The notes below the pieces were generated by a model. That model was not told the DNA's origin. It did no database searches and worked only from the letters and a program-made list of their open reading frames with translations. Of a DNA stretch of 64,000 nt, positions 57,140 to 64,000 are shown in pieces (the stretch's first letter is position 1; each line of letters starts with the position of its first letter). Source of the stretch: a virus. Made by a program: the position numbers and the translations under genes. The stretch spans positions 1-64,000 of IMG/VR virus record IMGVR_UViG_3300037189_006220; one strand, 5' to 3'.

Positions 57140-57430
57140 ATGCTCCTCAAACAGAACCCAGAAACTGGCTACTGGACAGATACAGAAATTCCTAATATCC
57201 GTATTGCAGGTATTCACGCAATCTTTGATTGCCGTAAGCCATGCGCTATTCATAATTCACCATCAGACCACAAACTCTCCACTGCTCCACTTAATTGGAA
57301 CGAGCACAGGGGAATCCTTGAGCGCATCTGCTCTCACGGTTTGGGACACCCAGACCACGACTCCGCGTTATATTACAACTCAACTAACCAAGGAAACACA
57401 AATGTTCATGCTTGCGATGGGTGTTGCTAA
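57140..57430 (+). CDS. Cys/His-rich hypothetical protein
   Basis: CAIHN.PSDH..ERICSHGLGHPD..HACDGCC. Confidence 0.7.
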   Translation: MLLKQNPETGYWTDTEIPNIRIAGIHAIFDCRKPCAIHNSPSDHKLSTAPLNWNEHRGILERICSHGLGHPDHDSALYYNSTNQGNTNVHACDGCC

Positions 57431-57669
57431 TGGCTAATCGACCCAATAATAACAAACCAGTAGAGGATTACATCCTCGAAGAAATTGCCCCCCTTCGCGC
57501 TAAGGGACTATCCTTCCGAGCCATTGCCGAGAAACTCGGTATCGGAGAGTCTACGGTTCGTAAGCACCAGAACTACAAAGGCACTACCACCTCACCCGAA
57601 TACACATTTACCAAGCGTCAACTTGAAATTGCAATTGCTGCACACATTGCTAGGGAGCGTAAAAAGTGA
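57430..57669 (+). CDS. Small HTH protein
   Basis: GLSFRAIAEKLGIGESTVRK. Confidence 0.75.
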   Translation: MANRPNNNKPVEDYILEEIAPLRAKGLSFRAIAEKLGIGESTVRKHQNYKGTTTSPEYTFTKRQLEIAIAAHIARERKK

Positions 57670-57751
57670 AACCAGAAAACTGGTTCACCCTTGGTGTAAT
57701 TGCCGGAGGGTTTATTTCTTTCTTACTACTCGTATTGTTTGGAGTAATTAA

Positions 57752-58030
57752 ATGAGCGTCTTTGACCTCGCAAAGAATAACCGAGATAACAACGATGTCA
57801 CGGTAACAATGTCCTACGCGCGATTTGATGAGTACCTACGTATGGCGCAGACAGAGGCTCTTGAGGCTCAGTACTCTGACGGAATTGCTACTGCTGTTCG
57901 CGTTGGTAGGGATGCAGAACGCAACCGCATTATCGCGCTACTCGAAGATAACCTGTTTACTGACAAGGGACTAGGAAATGTTCGCGTTAGTGACCTTATT
58001 AACCTGATTAAAGGAGAAACAAATGACTGA
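57752..58030 (+). CDS. Hypothetical protein
   Basis: GGAG RBS; ERNRII motif shared with next gene. Confidence 0.65.
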   Translation: MSVFDLAKNNRDNNDVTVTMSYARFDEYLRMAQTEALEAQYSDGIATAVRVGRDAERNRIIALLEDNLFTDKGLGNVRVSDLINLIKGETND

Positions 58031-58205
58031 AAAAGAAACAAGAAACACCCGAGCATACCGCCAAGGAATCGCGCATGAGCGAGAGCGTATCTTGACTCTC
58101 ATTCGTAGACCCGGATTTCATGTGTGGGATGCAGATGGCAGTCACAGTAAAGACCATTGCGTTACATGTAATGCAATAATTCAAATTCAAGGAGAAAAAG
58201 AATGA
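58023..58205 (+). CDS. Hypothetical protein
   Basis: AAGGAG RBS; ERERIL. Confidence 0.65.
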   Translation: MTEKETRNTRAYRQGIAHERERILTLIRRPGFHVWDADGSHSKDHCVTCNAIIQIQGEKE

Positions 58206-58543
58206 GTCGTATGACCCGATACGAACGAGCAGTTCGTCGCATGCTTGACGACCTTAACCTTGAGGGAATCCTACACCGCGCTCTTACTCACCTAGAGCGT
58301 AGTGAAGATGAGTTTGCTGATGTCCATATCAAACTTCTTAATGAGCCACTGGACTTTGCGCGACGCACCAAGGTTCGTCTCTACCCCGAAGACTTTCCGG
58401 CACACTATGAGCTTGCTTACAAGATTCTTAGTCTTGACCTTCCCACAAAGAAACTAAAGAAAAAGAAACTTATCCGCAAGCGCAGGTCAACTTATATTGA
58501 CATGTGGCATGATGAGTGGGGTACAGACGATTACTACTTCTAA
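58202..58543 (+). CDS. Hypothetical protein
   Basis: AAGGAG RBS. Confidence 0.65.
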   Translation: MSRMTRYERAVRRMLDDLNLEGILHRALTHLERSEDEFADVHIKLLNEPLDFARRTKVRLYPEDFPAHYELAYKILSLDLPTKKLKKKKLIRKRRSTYIDMWHDEWGTDDYYF

Positions 58544-58558
58544 CAGAAATTATAGTTA

Positions 58559-58747
58559 ATGACTATTTTGCTTGTCTTTTTAGGAACAGCCCTACTTACC
58601 ATCGCACTTTTCAAGGCGAAGGAAGATACGACTCTACCCAAAGAAAAGCGTTTGTTTGTAGATACGGTTGCCACCGTATTCTCACTTACAGCAATCATTA
58701 TTGGTGTAACGGTCATTGTTACTCTCATTATTGAGTCTCTAAACTAA
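58559..58747 (+). CDS. Two-TM membrane protein
   Basis: Hydrophobicity pattern. Confidence 0.55.
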   Translation: MTILLVFLGTALLTIALFKAKEDTTLPKEKRLFVDTVATVFSLTAIIIGVTVIVTLIIESLN

Positions 58748-58917
58748 TGCCTACTTATCTTTATATTTGTGCTTGTGGATATCGAGAAGAAATTATTCAC
58801 GGTATAAATGAAGATGTTGTGGTCGAATGTACTGCTTGTAAAGTTCCTATGACTCGTAAACCCCAATTCAACTCCTACTCGTTCAAGGGTAAGGGCTTCT
58901 ATTCCACGGGAGGATAG
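58747..58917 (+). CDS. FmdB-family zinc-ribbon protein
   Basis: MPTYLYICACG..CTAC..M.R..FKGKGFYST; not in ORF track. Confidence 0.8.
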   Translation: MPTYLYICACGYREEIIHGINEDVVVECTACKVPMTRKPQFNSYSFKGKGFYSTGG

Positions 58918-58918
58918 T

Positions 58919-59215
58919 ATGAAAACTGCAATGATTGATATTCACAACTTTAAAGCTAAAGTAATCCCTCTTAGCGAAATGCCCGGAGTTCGACTCCTTG
59001 AGATTGCTTCTATGCCTCAGGACGAAAAGCAGTCACTCGCAATGATTCAACTCCTCAAAGATGCACTTATTGACCAGACTCAGACCGCAGAGATTGACAC
59101 CCTTTCGATGACCGTCATCACAGACATCATTGAGGCGTACTTCAATGCCACAGAGACTGAAGAGACTTTTGATATGTCGTTTATCGAAGACGCAGACCCT
59201 AATGCCAAAGAATGA
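58919..59215 (+). CDS. Hypothetical protein
   Basis: GGAGG RBS. Confidence 0.65.
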   Translation: MKTAMIDIHNFKAKVIPLSEMPGVRLLEIASMPQDEKQSLAMIQLLKDALIDQTQTAEIDTLSMTVITDIIEAYFNATETEETFDMSFIEDADPNAKE

Positions 59216-59319
59216 GAGACACTCTGAAGAAGACCTTGAGCTTCTCCAAAAAGTTCTCGCTATGCCCAAAGAGGCAATAGAAGATTTACAAAAGCTATTC
59301 GCAATTTGTGAGGAACCAG

Positions 59320-59856
59320 ATGACACGCACGACTTGGGATGAGACGTGGATGGCTGTTGCCGAGACAATGGCTCAACGCTCGCTCTGCACTAATCGTCAG
59401 GTCGGCTGTGTCATTGTGACTTCCAGCAACCGACCAATGGCTGTTGGATATAACGGTCCTCCGGCAAACTTTAATCGAACCACTCACGAAGGGCTACTCT
59501 CTTTTGCTAAATCAGAAGGATGTAACAACTGGTGTGACCGCGCTAAGTCGCAAGACCGAGGAACAACTTACTCCAACTGTGTCAGCGTCCACGCAGAGGC
59601 TAATGCTCTCCTATTTGCAGACCGCAGAGACTACGCAGGTGGCACAATGTATGTCACTAATCCTTGCTGTTGGGACTGCGCCAAGCTCGTAGCCAACTCA
59701 GGCATTAGTCGTCTTGTAGTGCGACTTTCAGAACGAGACGCTCACTACGATAATGAGTCGTCACTATCTTTCATCCGCTCGTGCGGAATACTTGTAGATA
59801 TCTTTCCTCCTAAAGAAAGAGGAGAGATTGGATACTGGGAAGAAGAAGACGCTTAG
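59320..59856 (+). CDS. dCMP deaminase
   Basis: RSLC..QVGCVIV..GYNG..HAEANAL..PCCWDC. Confidence 0.9.
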   Translation: MTRTTWDETWMAVAETMAQRSLCTNRQVGCVIVTSSNRPMAVGYNGPPANFNRTTHEGLLSFAKSEGCNNWCDRAKSQDRGTTYSNCVSVHAEANALLFADRRDYAGGTMYVTNPCCWDCAKLVANSGISRLVVRLSERDAHYDNESSLSFIRSCGILVDIFPPKERGEIGYWEEEDA

Positions 59857-60146
59857 TCTTTCTTAACCCGAACATCGTATTGCTTACGAGGTGGCGGAGT
59901 ATATCCACGCCTCAGACGACTACGCTCACGAGCGGTTGTTCCTCCCCAGATACCAAGCTCTTCATTCTCCATAGCCCACGCTAGGCACTCAATTACATAT
60001 GGGCATGAGGCACAAATTTTTTTGGCTAGTACAACCATTGTTGTAGAGTCACCAACACCAGTCTCTGGGAAGAACGCATCTGGGTCAGCACTAGCGCAAT
60101 GAGGCTCACCCTTCTCAAAAAAGTCTGGATACTCGGCTTTGCTCAT
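59853..60146 (-). CDS. whiB: WhiB-family Fe-S transcription factor
   Basis: C..DPDAFFP..AKKICASCP..CL..GIWGG..ER. Confidence 0.92.
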   Translation of the reverse strand: MSKAEYPDFFEKGEPHCASADPDAFFPETGVGDSTTMVVLAKKICASCPYVIECLAWAMENEELGIWGGTTARERSRLRRGYTPPPRKQYDVRVKKD

Positions 60147-60148
60147 AC

Positions 60149-61096
60149 CTATAGCTTAGATGTTGGCTCGACAAAACGCAAAGCTGAAATCACTCTTGTA
60201 ACGTCAATAGTTGCAACCCAAGAAGACAAATCATTTCGTCCGTAGCTGATGACAAACTTGTCTCCGTCTTGTATAAGACCAGAAGCAAACTCAACCCAAC
60301 CCTCGTGAAAAATAAACTTATTAGAAATAGCTTCGATGAGTCCATCTTTATTGTGCTTAACAAATACGTGAGAATAACTCCGTAGGTCTAGCGGTTCGTA
60401 ACTAAATGTTCTTGTATTGAATAGAACTTTCGGTTTCATTACCATATAGTGACCTACTGACAGGTAGCCATCCTCGAAAGGAATAAGCTGTGTTCCGCCC
60501 CGAAGCTTTTCAATTTCTTCAGGGACATCTCCAAGCTTGATAATTTTTTCGTCTTTAAAAATCTTGTTGGCTCCGTAGATATAGTCAAACCCGGGGACCG
60601 ACTCTCCGGCAACTACCCCCCAATTCTTTTCGACTACCTTAGGAGTTTCTGTATCATGCTTTGCAATATATGTAGCCGTACCAGCATCAGGGTCTAGCTC
60701 AAATATACCAACTCGCGCTATCCGAGTATGTTCTTTCTCAAGAATAATCGCAGTAAGTTGCCACTTCCCACCGCGCCAGAACAAACGAGCATCTTCGATG
60801 CCACGCTTAAACGCGAGTTCCCCAATAGTCATAATCTCAATAAGTTTGACTGGCTTATAATTTTCATCAAGCTCAGAGAAGAAGAGTCGGTTAGCTATGT
60901 CATTACCAACAGTAATTGCCTCGTACCTCTGATACTCACCTAGTACATAGTTACTTGAGCGAAAGGTGGCATATAGCTTCCCGTTCGGATGACGAGCAAT
61001 TGAAGGATTAAAAAGTGACCAATGCCTCTTGACCGGCTCTAAGGCCCGGGCAATCATGGACGTAGTGAAGTCACTTGCGTCTATTACATCACTCAT
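60149..61096 (-). CDS. Beta-propeller glycosidase-like protein
   Basis: FNPSI, GIEDARL, EKNW, LRGGT, VEFASGL, ISYG.ND. Confidence 0.7.
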   Translation of the reverse strand: MSDVIDASDFTTSMIARALEPVKRHWSLFNPSIARHPNGKLYATFRSSNYVLGEYQRYEAITVGNDIANRLFFSELDENYKPVKLIEIMTIGELAFKRGIEDARLFWRGGKWQLTAIILEKEHTRIARVGIFELDPDAGTATYIAKHDTETPKVVEKNWGVVAGESVPGFDYIYGANKIFKDEKIIKLGDVPEEIEKLRGGTQLIPFEDGYLSVGHYMVMKPKVLFNTRTFSYEPLDLRSYSHVFVKHNKDGLIEAISNKFIFHEGWVEFASGLIQDGDKFVISYGRNDLSSWVATIDVTRVISALRFVEPTSKL

Positions 61097-61125
61097 AGTA
61101 CCTATTCTACCGTTACACTAGAGTC

Positions 61126-61347
61126 ATGGAAGAAAAGCTCACGTCTCTTGACCGTTGCGATAGTTGTGGTGCTCAAGCCTATGTCCGTGTCAACCTCGAA
61201 AGTGGAGAACTACTCTTCTGCGGTCACCACTTTAAAAAGAATGAAGACACGCTTGTTCTTAAAGCCGTAAGTATTGACAGCGAACTAGACAAGCTTTACC
61301 CAGAACCTAAGGCTAAAACTCAGCCAGAACCTCAGGTAGTAGAATAG
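61126..61347 (+). CDS. Small actinobacterial Zn-binding protein
   Basis: DRCDSCGAQAYVRV..LLFCGHH. Confidence 0.75.
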   Translation: MEEKLTSLDRCDSCGAQAYVRVNLESGELLFCGHHFKKNEDTLVLKAVSIDSELDKLYPEPKAKTQPEPQVVE

Positions 61348-61683
61348 AAATGTGAAAACGCAAGTTTTCCGACATGAGTAATTTCGCTACCTACTCACAT
61401 AAAATCGCCATCCCCCTCCATCTGGTTGAGTACCACTCCTAGAATATGTGAGGGGGATGGTGTTTTCTTGACAAAAAATATGTCATGTCTTTTTAAGTTA
61501 TTTAACATATTTATTCTCACTAAGCTTAATGAGAATAAGCTGACAATAAATAATTATTATATAAGTTTTAGTGATTGTCTCGGTCTGTTGAGCAGCTCAG
61601 AATTTGCTAAAATAGAAGAACAAACAATCCCCCTCTTGACCAAGAAATTGGTCATTTTTCTTCTGCCCTGAAAGGTCACAAAC

Positions 61684-61767
61684 ATGAATGAATCACAAGA
61701 CACCGTTGGCGGATACTGCATCCCCGTAGACCCGATGGACATGCTTCAGTGCGATTCCTGCCAGTAA
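61684..61767 (+). CDS. 27-aa peptide resembling the RNR alpha C-terminal redox tail
   Basis: MNESQDTVGGYCIPVDPMDMLQCDSCQ*; GAAAGG SD; TGCTAAAAT extended -10 at 61605. Confidence 0.7.
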   Translation: MNESQDTVGGYCIPVDPMDMLQCDSCQ

Positions 61768-61856
61768 GAATCTAACCCTCGGGTTAACGCCCGGTGCTCC
61801 TCGTAGTAGAGTTGAGTACCGGGCTTCTTTCACCCCTCTAAGACAGCTAGGACATA

Positions 61857-62789
61857 ATGTACGCCCCTGAAACTCTGGTCTTGACATCGTCAGGACACAA
61901 GCCTCTTAGTGAGCTTGATGGACACATGGTGGACGTATGGAATGGCGAAGAGTTTTCGCTAGTCCTAGTTGGACAGGCTGGAAAAGATAAGCCTCTAGTT
62001 ACCGTTGTCTTTGATACCGGAGCAGAGATTACCTGCACTCCAGACCAAACGATGTTTGTCCAGAATGGATACTTCGACCACACAATTTCTCGTAAGCGAG
62101 TTGCAGAAGCACTGCCCGGAGAAAAGATTGTTAAGTCCGAGTTCCCACTCTTAGAGCACGGCACTGAGCTAATTCCTAATGCTTACACCCACGGCTTCTA
62201 CACAGGAGCAGAACGGTTTAAGCGTCGCCCCGGAGTTGTATCAAGACTCGCTATCTATGGTGGTCGCAGACCATGTCTAGATGAGCTTGACCTAGACCCT
62301 CGGACAGATAAGACTAACCTCTACTTCACTACAGAAATGCTTGGAGACTTCGAGGTTCCACTCAGCACTAAGTACTCACTAGAGTCCAAGCTTGAGTGGC
62401 TAGCTGGACTTTTTGATAGTGGTCTTATTAAAAGAAAAATTGGTTCACAACCAATGTGGCATCTCTACTCAAACAACTTTCAGTTTCTTAAAGACATGAA
62501 ACTTTTCATGCAGACTTTGGGAAGCGATGTTCGAGTAGTAAAAAACGAAGATATGAACCGTCTTGAATACACACTACGGTTCTCTGGAAGACCGATGCAG
62601 AACTTACGAAAGCTCGGAGTCCCAGCAAAGTATATCACCATCCCTGAAGTATCTTACAAACGACGTGGAGTTGGTTATCCACGAATTGTGAGCATCATCG
62701 ACAACAACCGCCGTGACACGGTTTACACGCTCATGGAAAAGAAAACTCACCGAGCAGTGTTCAACGGCATCTTAAACGCAACCCAATAA
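61857..62789 (+). CDS. Free-standing intein-derived Hint plus LAGLIDADG-like protein
   Basis: APETLVLT..G..VWNGEEFS, ITCTPDQ, WLAGLFDSG, VY..HRAVFNGIL; no exteins. Confidence 0.8.
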   Translation: MYAPETLVLTSSGHKPLSELDGHMVDVWNGEEFSLVLVGQAGKDKPLVTVVFDTGAEITCTPDQTMFVQNGYFDHTISRKRVAEALPGEKIVKSEFPLLEHGTELIPNAYTHGFYTGAERFKRRPGVVSRLAIYGGRRPCLDELDLDPRTDKTNLYFTTEMLGDFEVPLSTKYSLESKLEWLAGLFDSGLIKRKIGSQPMWHLYSNNFQFLKDMKLFMQTLGSDVRVVKNEDMNRLEYTLRFSGRPMQNLRKLGVPAKYITIPEVSYKRRGVGYPRIVSIIDNNRRDTVYTLMEKKTHRAVFNGILNATQ

Positions 62790-62808
62790 CTAACAAGGAG
62801 AAACAACA

Positions 62809-63798
62809 ATGGCAATTCTAGGAACCGGCATCCAAGAGGGACTCCTCCTGAAGCCAGTCAAATATCAGTGGGCAATGGACTTGTACGACCAAGCAGTTGC
62901 CAATACTTGGTTCCCCAACGAAATCCAACTAGGCGAAGACATCGCTGACTTCAAAAAGATGTCTGAGGATGAGCAACACGCTATTACGTTCTTGATGTCA
63001 TTCTTTAACCCATCAGAGCTTATTGTGAATAAGGCTCTTGCCTTCGGTGTCTACCCTTACCTAAATGCACCCGAGTGCCACCTCTACCTTGCTAAGCAGA
63101 TGTGGGAAGAAGCAAACCACTGCATGTCGTTCGAGTACGTCCTTGAGACGTTCCCTGTAGACCGTAAGAAAATTTATGAACAGCATGTTGCTGTAGACAG
63201 CATCAAAGCCAAGGAAGACTTCGAGGTCAAGTTCATTAAGCGCATGACCGAAGATACCATTGACATCAACACCGTAGAGGGAAAGCAGGACTTCGTCCGC
63301 AACCTCGTGGCTTACTCGGTCATCATGGAGGGTATCTGGTTCTACTCGGGCTTCATGGTGGCTCTGAGCTTCCGTCAGCGCAACCTACTTCGTAACTTTG
63401 CCTCACTGGTGGACTGGATTGTCCGTGACGAGAGCCTTCACCTCAAGTTTGGTATCAACCTCATTCTTGAGGTACTCAACGAGAATCCTGAAATTGTCAC
63501 AGACGAGTTCGCAGCCGAGATTCAGCAGATGATTTTTGATGCTGTTGACATGGAGATTACCTACAACAAGGAGCAGTTCCCCAACGGTATCCTTGGACTC
63601 AACGCTGACTATGTTAGCCAATACACCAAGTACCTCGCTGACCGCCGTCTTGAGGAGCTTGGATTCCCCCCACACTACAACGTGGGTAACCCTGCTAAGT
63701 GGATGGCTGCGGCTAATGATACTCTTCAGCTTGTGAACTTCTTTGAGTCCACCAACACAAGCTATGAATCAAACGCATCAGCTGCTACTGGTAAGTAG
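62809..63798 (+). CDS. nrdB: Ribonucleotide reductase beta subunit, class Ic-type residues
   Basis: W.P.EI, FFNPSE, EEANHCMSF, EGIWFYSGF, RDESLH, NFFE..Y. Confidence 0.93.
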   Translation: MAILGTGIQEGLLLKPVKYQWAMDLYDQAVANTWFPNEIQLGEDIADFKKMSEDEQHAITFLMSFFNPSELIVNKALAFGVYPYLNAPECHLYLAKQMWEEANHCMSFEYVLETFPVDRKKIYEQHVAVDSIKAKEDFEVKFIKRMTEDTIDINTVEGKQDFVRNLVAYSVIMEGIWFYSGFMVALSFRQRNLLRNFASLVDWIVRDESLHLKFGINLILEVLNENPEIVTDEFAAEIQQMIFDAVDMEITYNKEQFPNGILGLNADYVSQYTKYLADRRLEELGFPPHYNVGNPAKWMAAANDTLQLVNFFESTNTSYESNASAATGK

Positions 63799-63838
63799 TA
63801 AGTGATAGGCTCTTTAAAGAGTCAGTTGCTTTACCAAT

Positions 63839-63873
63839 AAGAAAGCCCCCACCAATCGGTAGGGGCTTTTCTT
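63839..63873. terminator. Bidirectional intrinsic terminator
   Basis: AAAGCCCC..GGGGCTTTT between convergent genes. Confidence 0.75.
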
Positions 63874-63880
63874 ATGCTTG

Positions 63881-64000
63881 CTACTTAGTCTGCGTAATCC
63901 GCACAACTTCGTAGTCTGGATACCAGATGGGGTGAAGACCAATAGTCTTACCGTCATTAGGAGAGTCGAGCATAAGCCCGTTTCCAGCCCAGAACCCAAT
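63881..64000 (-). CDS. C-terminus of a probable NlpC/P60 protein (partial)
   Basis: IGFWAGNGLMLDSPNDGKTIGLHPIW...*. Confidence 0.55.
   Translation of the reverse strand: MGFWAGNGLMLDSPNDGKTIGLHPIWYPDYEVVRITQTK

Noticed and set aside
61426-61671. 81-aa ORF upstream of the RNR locus, or an NrdR box
   Set aside because: AT-rich promoter/terminator DNA with no RBS; no convincing NrdR consensus

Overview
A 64-kb segment of a large tailed actinobacteriophage; the host group is inferred from WhiB, DUF1360, the capsid type and promoter style. (1) 1-18.5 kb, leftward head module: major capsid, a 1664-aa maturation-protease polyprotein with an embedded Dps domain, a 2283-aa multidomain protein, and portal. 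(2) 18.6-20.9 kb, mostly non-coding: about 30 DnaA boxes, 16-bp and 11-bp periodic repeats, and palindromes. (3) 19-46 kb: two converging arrays of mostly single-gene cassettes (promoter, RBS, small ORF, terminator) carrying about 30 copies of a TACACGGAAAA motif. Terminase, an HDAC-family deacetylase, SSB and a MoxR/VWA pair are interspersed. (4) 46-64 kb: thioredoxin, HNH, two Mom-like enzymes, dCMP deaminase, WhiB and an RNR locus. The most striking candidates are: a free-standing 27-aa peptide resembling the redox tail of RNR alpha, followed by a stand-alone intein-derived gene and a class Ic RNR beta; an anti-RBS RNA layer (an ORF-less C-loop sRNA plus 3' hairpin loops complementary to their own genes' leaders); and the binding-site array. 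All calls are by eye, without database searches.
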